Part shown: piece by piece, positions 1 to 10,757 of the stretch
Position numbering within the stretch: position 1 is the first letter of the stretch
How the letters are laid out: every line of letters begins with the position of its first letter
Source: Thecamonas trahens ATCC 50062
Taxonomy: Eukaryota > Protista > Apusomonadida
Assembly (NCBI RefSeq): GCF_000142905.1
Contig: NW_013657653.1
Span: forward strand, 352,392 to 416,391
Length of the DNA stretch: 64,000 nt
Direction: 5' to 3'
The notes under the pieces: generated by a model
The model's input: the letters and a program-made list of their open reading frames with translations, nothing else
Database searches by the model: none
Told to the model about the DNA's origin: nothing
Made by a program: the position numbers and the translations under genes

Positions 1-1815
1 GAGCTGGAGGCGCAAGCGGCAGAGCTAATGCCGGGCATCCTCGATCCGGCCCGCGAGCCGACGCTCCGCAGCAACGCTCGGTTCCGGCTTGTGTACGGCT
101 GCTCCTATGCGCTTGTCGACGCCGCCTCGCCACTGGTGGTGAACAAGCTGCTGCGGCTGGGCAAGCTGGCGAACACCACCCGGCTGTTTACGCTCCAGGA
201 CGTGGCGCTGCTCAACGCTGTTGCCGAGGCCGATGCGGTGCTAGACGCCGCCGACGGCGACGAGCCTGCGGCCGACTCGGTGGCGGCGGCGGCGCGAACG
301 GCAGCGGTGGCAGCCATCTCTGCAGCAGAGCGGTCGCCGGCAAGTACGTCGGCAAGCACGTCGCGATCGCGGTCGCGGCGGTCGGCTCGCAAATCGGGCA
401 TCCACCGGGCGTCGCGACAGCTCGACACTATCAATCGGCTCGCCCAGCCGCGGCAGGCAAGCCGGGCGAGGGAGCGCGTGTCTGACGCGCGCGCGGCCTC
501 GGCCCGGCCGCGTCGCAAGCGCAACTGGGAAGCCGAGTATCTGCGACGTAAGGCGTTGTCGGCGCGCGGGCCTGCCCCGCACGGAAAGGAGACCCGCCGT
601 CCGCGACAGGCCACGCCGTCCTCACCGGAGCACCAGTACGAGTACGAGTACTTTGAGGAGGAGGTGACGTACACCGAGGCGTCGCTGGCAGGTGGCGAGA
701 CGCCCGACTCGCCGGACTTGCGCAGTCACCGGCTCCGGGTCTCGGAGCTTGACGTTCCACGGCAAGTCTCGCCGCTGCACTCGGTTCCGGACGAGTACGG
801 CCTGTACTCGGTGCCAACCGAGGATGGCGACGCCGAAGAGGCGGCCTATGCGTTGCTGGCGTCGCCGCAGGCCGGCGGCGATGACGTCGCTCGGGTGGTT
901 ACCTTTGGCTCGGTCACGGCCGATGGTCACGACGAGGCTGAGACCGGAGCCGAGGCTGGCGCCGACGGCGATGAGACTAGCGGGGACGCTGGTAGCAATG
1001 AGTCGGACGGCGCTGATGCTATGAGCGGTGTGATCTCGAGCTCACCGCCCAAACCGCGACATGGAGATTCTGCAGTGGCTGTGCCGGCCGCCATCATCGA
1101 GATGCTTCCCGGTAGCGGGCTGTCTGTCGACGAGGTCCGGTCGCGAACGCGCTCGAATGCGGAGCTGTACGACCAGCACCCGTTCTCGTCGCCAACGCTG
1201 CACTCGGGGGCAACAACGTTTGCCCGGCCGGCGCATCGGCCTGTAGTTGACGGCATTGTCGTGGAGGGCAACCAGCCTGTGCCGTCGTCTGCGCTCGCGC
1301 TCGAGGCTCTGGTCGAGGAAGAGGTTGTCAAGTGGGCACCGGTCCGGATCAAGTCGAAAAAGTGCGGACCTGTTCACTCGCTGCGGTACCGGCGGCTGCG
1401 CCGGATTGTGATCTCGGTGGCGAGCAAGGAGTCTGAGACGGCGGTGCAGATTCTGGGCGTGTTTGCCTGTGTCGGAGGTAGCGTCAACGCGCGGCGGTTG
1501 TACGAGCTCGCGCTGGTCGAGCAGCAGTCGCCGGGAAGAGCCATCATTGGATGGGACAACCGCCTCGACAAGAAGATGTTTGGCGGAGTGTCGGCCAAGG
1601 GTGAGCGGTATCCGTTTACGCTTGTTGTCGACGTGCGGGTCGACGGGCACAAGGCGCCAGTGAGGCTGAGCAAGACGATCATGTGCAAAGTGTACGATAC
1701 AGACACTTCGTTCTCGTACCGGACTATGAGCGGATCCAGCAGCGGGACGTTCGAGGCTGTGGCGGGCGGGCACCCTGGCCGGGTGGTTGTCATGGTGCCG
1801 CCGGCCGAGGAATAG
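1..1815 (+). CDS. 5'-truncated protein with low-complexity middle and C-terminal DUF3694-like (kinesin-3/RABGAP1-associated) domain
   Basis: The frame is open from base 1. The C-terminal LRYRRLRRIVISV...AIIGWDN...GERYPFTLVVDV...PVRLSKTIMCKVY resembles the KIF1/KIF13/RABGAP1 DUF3694 pattern (LxQGxxRRIxVxV...WDS...ERxYxT...PxxxxKxxxxxxY). Confidence 0.55.
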   Translation, partial: ELEAQAAELMPGILDPAREPTLRSNARFRLVYGCSYALVDAASPLVVNKLLRLGKLANTTRLFTLQDVALLNAVAEADAVLDAADGDEPAADSVAAAARTAAVAAISAAERSPASTSASTSRSRSRRSARKSGIHRASRQLDTINRLAQPRQASRARERVSDARAASARPRRKRNWEAEYLRRKALSARGPAPHGKETRRPRQATPSSPEHQYEYEYFEEEVTYTEASLAGGETPDSPDLRSHRLRVSELDVPRQVSPLHSVPDEYGLYSVPTEDGDAEEAAYALLASPQAGGDDVARVVTFGSVTADGHDEAETGAEAGADGDETSGDAGSNESDGADAMSGVISSSPPKPRHGDSAVAVPAAIIEMLPGSGLSVDEVRSRTRSNAELYDQHPFSSPTLHSGATTFARPAHRPVVDGIVVEGNQPVPSSALALEALVEEEVVKWAPVRIKSKKCGPVHSLRYRRLRRIVISVASKESETAVQILGVFACVGGSVNARRLYELALVEQQSPGRAIIGWDNRLDKKMFGGVSAKGERYPFTLVVDVRVDGHKAPVRLSKTIMCKVYDTDTSFSYRTMSGSSSGTFEAVAGGHPGRVVVMVPPAEE

Positions 1816-1844
1816 CCGATAGCGCTACCGTAAAGTGGCAGCAG

Positions 1845-2825
1845 CTACGCGAGCTTGGGGTGGTGGATGGCGTGACGGAAAGCTTCGGCGCAGTTCAGGA
1901 AGACCGGCTGGACTTGCGGATAGAGGACCTGGAGCTTAGCGGCACGGTCGGCGTTTGTCGGGTGGGTGCGAAGGAGGGCAAAGCCGGAGCTCGGGGCGAT
2001 GCGGTCCATGTGGTGCCACAGCTCGCTGGCGATGACCGGAGAGTAGCAGGCACGAGCCATGAGCTCTGCACCGACGACGTCGGCCTCGGTCTCTGCAGCA
2101 CGCGAGTGCGGGAGCGAGAAGGCAAGCTGGCCGAGCGACGAGGTAAAGTCTGGCGAGATGCCAAAGTAGGCGGCGGTGGCGAGGGCGAGGGCCGAGATGA
2201 CATACGACCACGAGACGTTTTCAGCGCCGTGGCGGAGGATGACGTGGGCAACTTCGTGGGCAAGGATGGCAGCAAGCGCACCCTCGGGGTCTTTGGTGGT
2301 GGAAATGACGTCGATGATGCCGGTGTAGACCACGATCTTGCCGCCGGGAACGACAAAGGCGTTCACGATGGGCTTGTCCACCACAGTTACCTCCCAGTCG
2401 ATGTTGCGCTTGAGATTGTTTGCCGCGATGATGCGCGAGGCGACTCGAGCAACCATCCGCGTCCGCGGTGCCGACGCCGGGAGGACAAGATTGCCGGCCT
2501 CCTTCACCACATCCTTGTGGTACTCGAGGCCCATGGCGAGCTCGCGCTCGGGCGAGACGGCGATGAACCGGGTCCGATGGGTGTACTCGGTCTCCTCCAG
2601 ATGAGTGAGGATAAAACCGGCACCGAGCAACGGAATGCCCACTAGCGCAGCCGTGACCCACGGCGAGCGCTGCATCTTGCGGGTGAACTGTCGGCCGTGG
2701 GAGAAGGAGACCGTCGACATGCCACGGGCTGGCGGCATTGGCCGGGGCGCAGTCGACGGGAGGGCGAGTCGCGAGTAGAGTCCGTGGATGCGGGCAGGGA
2801 GACGGGAGAGAAGCGGGCGGAGCAT
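1845..2825 (-). CDS. OMA1: Mitochondrial M48 zinc metalloprotease (OMA1-like)
   Basis: NAFVVPGGKIVVYTGI, LAAILAHEVAHVILRH (HExxH), SRAAETEAD and LRTHP motifs. Arg-rich presequence starts MLRPLLSR at 2825, followed by a TM helix. Confidence 0.9.
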   Translation of the reverse strand: MLRPLLSRLPARIHGLYSRLALPSTAPRPMPPARGMSTVSFSHGRQFTRKMQRSPWVTAALVGIPLLGAGFILTHLEETEYTHRTRFIAVSPERELAMGLEYHKDVVKEAGNLVLPASAPRTRMVARVASRIIAANNLKRNIDWEVTVVDKPIVNAFVVPGGKIVVYTGIIDVISTTKDPEGALAAILAHEVAHVILRHGAENVSWSYVISALALATAAYFGISPDFTSSLGQLAFSLPHSRAAETEADVVGAELMARACYSPVIASELWHHMDRIAPSSGFALLRTHPTNADRAAKLQVLYPQVQPVFLNCAEAFRHAIHHPKLA

Positions 2826-2934
2826 GCCGACGTATGTGGATGTATGGAGGGCTTGGAGTAAGGTACTGTTGGTGGCTGTGGTGGTGTTGGCTGTGGTGGT
2901 AGTAGTGATGGGTTTGGTGGCGAACCGGCCAGGT

Positions 2935-3165
2935 GGCTGACCGACTGGGTGGTTGGCTGGCTGGCTGACTGGGTGTTGGCTGGCTGGCTGACTGGGGTTG
3001 GCTGGCTGGCTGACTGGGGTTGGCTGGCTGGCTGACTGGGGTTGGCTGGCAGGCTGACTGGGTGGTTGGCTGGCTGGCAGGCTGACTGGGTGGTTGGCTG
3101 GCAGGCTGGCTGACTCGGTGGTGGCAGGCTGACTGACTCGGTGGTTGGCTGGCTGACTGACTGGG
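2935..3165. repeat. Minisatellite built from GGTTGGCTGGCT/GACT units between divergent genes
   Basis: Directly visible imperfect tandem repeat. It produces the spurious SQPA-rich N-terminal ORF extension of OMA1. Confidence 0.85.
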
Positions 3166-3195
3166 CACACCTTTCTTCGGAACTATTGAAGAGGC

Positions 3196-3344
3196 ATGTC
3201 GGGCACGTCTGAGACGGCGCAGCTGAAGCAGAATGTTGAGGAGCAGCTGAACCGCCTGCTCAAGCAGCTGGCGGAGATTGACGAGGGCTATGTACGCTGG
3301 TGTGCACGATGTGCATGATGTGTGTGTGTGTGCGTGTGTGTGTG

Positions 3345-3392
<48 letters not shown>

Positions 3393-4019
3393 GGGGGGGG
3401 AGGAGGCGGGGAGGTGACGGCCACACTCACGCGACACGTGATGGTGGTGGGATGGTACGGGTATGCGGTGATGGGCATGGGTGTGCATGGGTGTGCATGT
3501 GTGTGTATACATGCATGCATGGGAGAGTAGGAGGATGGCGAGCTGGATGAGGAAGAGTACGATGAGATGCGCGAGGAGACGCTCGAGCAGCTGGCCGAGT
3601 TCCAGGAGACGCTGTCGTCGCTGATGGAGGGCGACATGTCGCTGGTGGACGATCTGTCGGCGATGAAGCTTGCTATTCAGGCCGCTGTCTCGCAGGCCTT
3701 CCAGACACCCGAGGTCATCGAGTTGTTTGCCAAGAAGCAGCCCGACGCGCTGCGGGCAAAGTACGAGGAGCTGGAGACCCAGCTGCAGCTCGGCAAGCTG
3801 ACCGAGGCCTCTTTCAACGCCAAGAAGCTGGAGATGCTTGCCGCCATCCTCAACCTCGGCGGCGCCCTCACCGATGGCGAGAAGGCATACCTTCAGAAGA
3901 ACATGAACGAGACGCTCGCCCAGTTCCAGAACGCCGCCACCAACCTCTCGGCCTCGGCCAACAAGGATCTGCTCTCTGGTGCCGCCTCGGACATTGCTCG
4001 CGCCTCGGGCCAGTCGTAA
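3196..4019 (+). CDS. LZIC: LZIC (leucine zipper and ICAT/CTNNBIP1 domain protein); join(3196..3291,3531..4019)
   Basis: MSGTSETAQLKQNVEEQLNRLLKQL and ETLEQLAEF...LAIQAAVSQAFQTPEVIELFAKKQP match animal LZIC. A GTACGC...TAG intron (3292-3530) joins the exons in frame. Confidence 0.93.
3319..3390. repeat. (GT)n microsatellite in LZIC intron
   Basis: Directly visible dinucleotide run. Confidence 0.95.
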
Positions 4020-4220
4020 ACCCCATGACTCTTACCCATCACCAGCCCTACCGCCGTCCGCCGCCCACCACCCACCGCCCGCTTGCGACGCGCCGCCGCC
4101 CGCTTGCTGCACCGCCGCAGCCACAGACTCAACAGACCCAGACCCAGACCCAGACTCAGACCCAGGCCTCAACCTCACTCCCACCCCACTCTCCCGCAAG
4201 CCAGCCCAGCCTTGCCCGAG

Positions 4221-5254
4221 ATGGACCTCAACATTGGCATCAAGACCCGTACGCTCCTCCCCCCCTTCTCCTTCCCCCTTCTCCTTCCCCTTCCCCCGCC
4301 ACCCCTCCTGTGATCCCGCCCTGGTCACCCACTTACTCTGTAAGCACCCGGACGGGGGTATGGAGGACAGCACGCGGGACAGCCACATCTGGGTATGTGC
4401 AGAAGAACATGGCTGCGGCTGCCATCCGCAAGAGGAGCTCACATATGCGTCCCATGGCTCGGTCGAGGGCCCCGCCGGATCCAAAGCTCGAAGCCCACCG
4501 CAAGCGCCGTGCCGTCGAGGTCAAGGTCTTTGCCCTCCGTCGCGAGATGCGTGCCCGCGGCGAGCCCGAGGCCGAGATCGAGGCTGCTATCGCTCACTTT
4601 CGTGCAAAGCTCGCTGCTGAGTTCGCCGAGAAGGAAAAGGCCGCAGTCGAGGCCGAGATCGAGCGTGAGCGCAAGGCAAAGGAGGAGGCCGAGGAGCTGC
4701 AGACAGAGGCCGCAGAGCGCGAACGGGTCGCTGCCCTCCGCAAGGCCATCTTTGAAAAGCGCAAGGCCAAGAAGGCTGCAGCGCTGGCCGCAGCTGCCCG
4801 CGGCAGCGCTGCTTCAGCCTCGCCGTCCCGCTCACGCTCACGCTCCCGCTCGCGCGAGCGCAACCACAAGACTCCTCCCCACTCCCGCTCCTCTCGCTCG
4901 TCACAGCGGAGCCGGCGTTCCCGGCGGCGGCGTCGCTCGCCGTCGTACTCGTACTCGGCATCAGGCTCGGCCTCGGCCTCTTACCCCTACTCGTACTCGG
5001 GCTCAGCCTCGGGATCGTACTCGGGCTCGGGCTCGGGCTCGGGCTCTGGCAAGCGCACGCGTTCGCGCAAGAGCAAGGGCAAGGGCAGGAGCATCAAGCG
5101 CTCCGCTTCGGCCAAGCGCAGTAGATCAAAGTCCGCCCCTCGTCGTGCGTCTCCGGGCTCGGGCTCGGCGATGCGCACCCGTTCCGGCACCCACTCCGGC
5201 AGCCAATCCGGAGAAGCCGGCGAGGTGTCGGCCTCATCTTACTCTGGCTGCTGA
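4221..5254 (+). CDS. CWC21: Cwc21/SRRM2-family splicing factor with RS-rich tail; join(4221..4248,4371..5254)
   Basis: The spliced N-terminus MDLNIGIKTPRGTATSGYVQKN matches SRRM2 [22 protein letters not shown]. cwf21 domain HRKRRAVEVKV...EAEIEAAIAHFRAKL. GTACGC...CAG intron. Confidence 0.9.
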
Positions 5255-5468
5255 CTTGTCCAGGCGAGCCTCGCCACACGGCTCGACCACCATCACTCCC
5301 CGCGGCTTGTCGTGCAGTAAATGGCTCGTGCCCAGACCAGCTGCACCGCCAGCAGTGGACTGGTCATTGCTGACAGCCGAGCCAATCCGGCTGAGTCTTG
5401 CTCGAGCCGTCAGCACGTGTGACCTGGGCACCACCTCACTCTGTCCCCCACCCACCGCCTCTGTCGCC

Positions 5469-7761
5469 ATGTGTACGCCACATCCGCTTCCCCTTCCCCC
5501 TTCCCCCATCTTCTCCCCCCTCCCCTGGCACTCCCCTCACCTCCACCCCTCGTCTCTACCCTGCAGCAACTCGTGCCGCCGATTCGGCCCAGCTGGCCGA
5601 CGAGGTGGCGCTGGCGGCGACAGCTCTGGTCGAGTCCTCGGTCGATGGCACCATCTTTGACTACTCGCCAGAGCTCAAGTTCCTGTGTAAAGTCGTGGAA
5701 GATGCGCTTGCTTTTGGCTTGGCGGGCAAGGCCCGGCTCTTTGGCTCCAATCGCCGCCACTTTTGGTACATGCTCGACGAGACCGGACGGAAGGCCGGCG
5801 GTGCTCTCAAGGATGCTGCTGTGGCGGCCGCGGGCGAACCGTCAGTCCGGTCGCCTGCTGGAAAAGGTCGAGTGTGGATCCGGAACGCATTGGCCGGCAA
5901 GCAGCTCGCCATCTTTCTGCACGCGCTCTGGATCGAGCACCATATGGACATGTACGACTTCTACGACTCATTTGCCCTCGCCGTCAACAGGGACCTTGCC
6001 GAGGCCATCCTCGAAGCGCTGGTCCCGCTCGCATCCGTCGACTTTGAACTAGTTGCCAGCAACGTGAGCCTGGATGACTCGTGGGAGCCGCTCGTCGAGG
6101 TGCCCAAGTGGCGCCGTCGCGCCGCCACCGTCGACGCCCGCCCGCCGACGCGCCCTGCCCGCGCTGCGCCCGATGAGCCATCCGCCGAGGCAAGCCATCC
6201 GCCGCCGCAAACGCCATTCCGTAAGCGCAGCGCGTCCGCGGTCGATCCCGGCGACTGGAAGACCAAGCACGAGCGGCTTCGCGCAAAGATGGACGTGCTC
6301 CAGTCGATGCACGCTGCCGACTATGCACACTTGCAGGACCGCTACAAGTCGCTGCAGCGCGACTTTGACGAGGCATGTCTCGAGCTCGCTCAACTGCGAC
6401 AGGCACTTCGCGACAAGCGCCCCGCCCCGCTGGCTGCATCCGACGTCAGCGGGGAGCGTACTGCCGCCTCCGCTCTCCAGACTGAGCTCGACAACGCCGT
6501 CGCTGCCGCTGCTGCCCGCGAGGCCGAGCTGGTGGCGGCGCTCGAGGCAAAGTCCGCCGAGCTTGACGCTGCACGAGCAGCACATGCCGAGCTCGCAGCA
6601 AATGACGCCAAGGCGCGAAATAAGAATGAGCAGATGCAGATCGTGCTGCGCGAGACCAAGGCCCAGCTTCAGAAGCTTGCCGAGGACCACCACGCGCTCT
6701 CGTCGCTTCACTCGCATCTTGGCACCATTCACCGCAAGACGCTTGCAGAGCTCGCCGAGGCGCAGAGCGCAGGCCCGACGCCCGAGGTTGCAAACCGTCT
6801 TGCGGCGCTCGAGTCGCAGCTGGACGACGCTCGGGCCGCGGCTGCCGCCGCCACTGCTGAGCGCGACTCGGCGCATGCGGAGCATGTCGAGCTGATTCTG
6901 GCCCACGAGGAGGCGCAGCGAGAGATCGAGGCGCTCAAGCGAGCCGCCGAAGCGGGCACAGCCGCGGCGGCGGCTTCTCGTGCGGCGGCGATGGCACGGG
7001 CCGAGGCCGAAAAGACCGCGGCCGCGCGGATTGCTCAGCTGGAGGAGGCGGTGGCTGCGGGTGAAGCCGCTGCAGCGGCTGCTGCCGCAGAACGCGATGC
7101 GCTGGTCACCCGGCTCGCCTCGCTTGAAGCCGAGATGCAGTGCGCCGCTGAGGCGTCCCGCTCGGCACTCGAGTTGCAGTCGCAGTCACGAATGGAGGCC
7201 GAGGCGCAGGCACGCGAGGCCACAGCCAAACTACAGAAGACAGCATCGGCGCTTGCCGCGTGCGAGGCCAAAGCAAGCACGCGTGCGAGCCAGATTGACG
7301 AGCTGCAGCGTGCGCGGTCTGCAGCTGAAGAATCTGCTGCGCAGGCAAGCGAGGAGGCGGCCGTTGCCCACGAAGCGGCTCAGGCGATGACGCAATCGGT
7401 CTCGGACCTTGTCACGCTCAACACCGAGCTCGAGGGCCAGGTTAGCATGCTGACGGCACAAGTCGCCGATCTCGAGCAGCGATGGACGGTGGCCGGTAAG
7501 AACGAGAAGGAGGCGAGCGCTTGCTGCGGCTGCGGCGATGACTTTACCTTTTTCAACCGCAAGCACCACTGTCGGCGGTGCGGGCTGATCTTCTGCAACG
7601 ACTGCACCCTCCACCGCGCCACGCTCAAGGCCGCCTGCAAGCCAGTCCGAGTCTGCACTCACTGCCACGCGGCAGTCCGCATCGACACCGGCGACGCGAA
7701 TGGCGACCCGATTGTCGCCACCGACCTCTCGCCGTCGCCATCGCCACGGGCTCAGCCGTAA
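5469..7761 (+). CDS. RUN-coiled coil-FYVE protein (RUFY-like); join(5469..5472,5567..7761)
   Basis: RUN motifs (LCKVVEDALAFGL, GKGRVWIRNAL, FYDSFAL), a long coiled coil and a FYVE finger (CCGCGDDFTFFNRKHHCRRCGLIFC...VRVCTHC). A 4-nt first coding exon ATGT|GTACGC...CAG gives an in-frame start. Confidence 0.88.
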
Positions 7762-8117
7762 ACGAGCACCGCTTCGTCAATAGCAGCGAGTCGGCCGAGT
7801 GGTGACGGCGACACGCACACGCACACGCACACGTCTCGCAAGGACCATGAGTCAGCGAGTGATAGCAGCGGCCGCAGCAGGCGGGGCAGTGCTTGGTGCA
7901 GCTGTGGGTGCGGTAGCCATGTACCTCTCAACCAGGCCAGTGTACGTGACGGTGGTGGGCGCTGGCGACTGAGCAGGCCCTTGCGTGTGTCACCGGGTCG
8001 GCTTCGGTCGGTCGCGCTGGGGGGGGGGGGGGGAGGAGGGCGAATGGAAGGCGGCGGCAAACGACTGACGAGCGAGGCATGGGCGCGGGGAGCGACAGGC
8101 GGGAAGAAGCGCGGTCC

Positions 8118-9323
8118 ATGGCGCCCGAGGCCAATCCAGATCCGGTGCTGGATGCGTCTGCCGAGCTGGCACGGCGTGTGGAGAGCGGCGAGTTTGAGCG
8201 GCTGGAGCCGAACACGGCGCACACGCGCGAGACGCTGCTGTATCCGCTGATCGAAGGCGATGTGTTTGATCGGCAGCGGTGTGTTGATGGGTGGGATACC
8301 AAGAACAAGGGCATCGAAGAGACGGTGGCGCTGGTGGCCGGCGTCGGCGGTGTCGGGTCCAACGTGGCCATGGCGCTGGCCCGGATGGGCGTGGGGCGCA
8401 TTGTGCTCATCGACATGGACACGGTCGACGCGACCAACCTCAATCGGCAGATTCTGTTCACCAAGTACGATGTCGGCAAGCGAAAGGTTGTCGCGGCGGC
8501 GGAGAACCTGGAAGCGATGCACGGGCTCGGCAGCCGGATCGAGACGCTCGATCTCGACGTGGTGCGCAACTGGGACAAGGTGGTGGCGGCAGCAGCCGAG
8601 GCGACAGTCATCTTCAACTGCATCGACTATGGCGGAGTGGCAGACAAGGCGTTGGCGTCACTGGCGTACGCCGAGGGCATTCCGTACGTCTCGGCGTCGA
8701 CGTACGGCAACGTGTTCCAGAACGAGTTCTACACGTCGGTGCCGGGCGAGCTCTGCTGGCGCGATGCGTGTGAGGGCAACATGGCGGCGTCGCCGTCGCA
8801 GCTGGAGAGCCTGGCGAGCGAGCGCGGCGTGGAGGTCATCGACGCCGAGTCGGGCGCGGCGATTCTTCGCGATCACTTCAAGGTCACCGATCCGCTGGTG
8901 AAGGAACTCTTCGCTGGCTGGCTCGCCGACCTCGATGCAGAGGCGCTCTCGCCACGCGACTTTTACACTCTCATCATCCGCGGCAAGTACGACAAGTGGC
9001 TCGACACGCAGCTTCACCCGTCGCTCATCCGTAGCCATCAGTCGATCGAGTTCATTCCGGCGGACCCGCACGACACCCGCGGACAGGGCTCGTGGGTTGT
9101 GGTCTGCACCGTCGGCACGCTGCTCTCGGTCAATCTCTGGGTGCAGCACATGCTCGGGTACCCGACAATCTCGTCGACGGTGTGCGATCTGCGGCACTTT
9201 GACGTTGCCGCCGAGTTTGGCCCGTTCACCAACTTTAATGCCTTTGCGCCTGCGCCGTCGTCGAACCACCCGTGGGCGACGCCAGTCGATGCGCTGATCA
9301 AGGGCAAGGAGGCGGAGGAGTAG
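8118..9323 (+). CDS. ThiF/MoeB/UBA5-like adenylyltransferase (E1-like)
   Basis: GVGGVG nucleotide-binding motif, DMDTVDATNLNRQILF, VGKRKV and NCID. No rhodanese domain. Confidence 0.85.
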   Translation: MAPEANPDPVLDASAELARRVESGEFERLEPNTAHTRETLLYPLIEGDVFDRQRCVDGWDTKNKGIEETVALVAGVGGVGSNVAMALARMGVGRIVLIDMDTVDATNLNRQILFTKYDVGKRKVVAAAENLEAMHGLGSRIETLDLDVVRNWDKVVAAAAEATVIFNCIDYGGVADKALASLAYAEGIPYVSASTYGNVFQNEFYTSVPGELCWRDACEGNMAASPSQLESLASERGVEVIDAESGAAILRDHFKVTDPLVKELFAGWLADLDAEALSPRDFYTLIIRGKYDKWLDTQLHPSLIRSHQSIEFIPADPHDTRGQGSWVVVCTVGTLLSVNLWVQHMLGYPTISSTVCDLRHFDVAAEFGPFTNFNAFAPAPSSNHPWATPVDALIKGKEAEE

Positions 9324-9352
9324 CTCGCGTGTACAGGCAAGCCCTGGGTGCT

Positions 9353-10546
9353 TCAGCGCTTGCGCGAGAGCTCGGCAAGAGCCTTGCGCTGGGCAAAAAG
9401 TTCTTGGGTAAAGACAACCGAGGCGAGGTAGATGTTGCGCTGGACCTTGGCGGTGAGTGGCGAGTCGGTGTCGAGGGCGGCGACACGCTTGCCGAGCGCC
9501 TCGAGCTTGTGGAAGTGCTTGGTGAGCATCTTTTGGAGATGAACAGCGCGTGCCTCCTGGCGTTCTCGAAACTCGCGACGGGCCTGCTGGGCTTCTGCAG
9601 AAGCCGAAGGCACAACGTACTTGTCGAGCGCGGCCGTGACCGACTCGTACTCGGGGACGATGTTGTTGATGAGCTTGCGCTCGGCAGCCATGGCGTGGTA
9701 GTAGCGCATGTAGGCGAGCGGCGAGGGGACAGCGCTGGCGTCCTCGATCTTGATCTCCAGCCGCGCACGGCGGTAGCGAGCAGTAGCCAGCTGGAAACAC
9801 GACGAGCACGTCCGAACCTCGCCGTCGGGCACCTCAATGCGCTTATGTGTGGCGCGGAGGATGCCAAAGGGTACGCGGTTCTGGGTGCAGCTCGAGCAGA
9901 AGACATTGCCGCACAGTCGGCAGTGGATCTTCCGCGAGAGGAGACTGAATGGGGCTTCGCACGCTCCGCACTGTGTCGCGGCTTTCTCCGGCTTCCAGCG
10001 GACCACAGACGCCTCAAACTCGCGGTTGCCGAGAGCCTTGGCCTTGAGTCGCGAGAAGAACGAGCCGCCGCCGCCCGACGATGTGCCCGGCGACGACGAC
10101 GGGCCTGCACGCGATGGCGAGGCTGAGAGTCGCGATACAGCCAAAGATGAGTCTGCAGCGGCCTGCGGCCCAAGCGCCAGCTTCTCAAGCCGGCGGAGGA
10201 GCTTGTTGGTCTCGACAACTCGCTCACGGGCGCGAGCGGTGCGAGCGGCCTTGAACGCGGTTGACCTGTCGCGCATGGTACCTACGACGACATCACCATC
10301 TGTCCTCCACACGTAGCAGGCCTCGCAGACAGGGAAGAGCTGGGCAGAGAGTGAGGGTGTGGGTACGGCATCCCGATCTAGGCGACGCTTGCGGGCGACA
10401 TGCGAGAGGCAGTAGACCAGGCCGCATCGGTAGCAGTGGTTGGGCGTGTGGGTGGTGGAGAACTCGGTCTCGCACCCGGGCTGCATGCACGAGCTCACAT
10501 GCTCGGACGAGATCCAGTGGCTCGTGTCGATGGCTTCTGCTGCCAT
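9353..10546 (-). CDS. Double FYVE-type zinc finger protein, rabenosyn-5/Pep7(Vac1)-like
   Basis: Two FYVE-like fingers flank VETNKLLRRLEKL and EASVVRW, both recognisable rabenosyn-5/Pep7 segments. Confidence 0.8.
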   Translation of the reverse strand: MAAEAIDTSHWISSEHVSSCMQPGCETEFSTTHTPNHCYRCGLVYCLSHVARKRRLDRDAVPTPSLSAQLFPVCEACYVWRTDGDVVVGTMRDRSTAFKAARTARARERVVETNKLLRRLEKLALGPQAAADSSLAVSRLSASPSRAGPSSSPGTSSGGGGSFFSRLKAKALGNREFEASVVRWKPEKAATQCGACEAPFSLLSRKIHCRLCGNVFCSSCTQNRVPFGILRATHKRIEVPDGEVRTCSSCFQLATARYRRARLEIKIEDASAVPSPLAYMRYYHAMAAERKLINNIVPEYESVTAALDKYVVPSASAEAQQARREFRERQEARAVHLQKMLTKHFHKLEALGKRVAALDTDSPLTAKVQRNIYLASVVFTQELFAQRKALAELSRKR

Positions 10547-10757
10547 GAGTGTGTGTCTGTCTGTGTGTGTGTGTGTGTGTGTGTAGGGGTGCGGAGTGGA
10601 GTGCGGTGGTGGTGGTGGTGGTGGTGGTGTTCCGACACGGACAGGTGGCGGTGGTGGTAGTGAGGAGGGGGGTGGTGATGGGGGCGATTGGCTGGTGATG
10701 TATGGGAGTTAGATCGGGGAGGTTGTGGGGAAGGAGGAGGGAGAGGGTGTCTGCTGG

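Noticed and set aside
2826-3170. SQPA-repeat N-terminal extension of OMA1
   Set aside because: It starts at GTG within a non-coding minisatellite. The ATG at 2825 gives a normal presequence.
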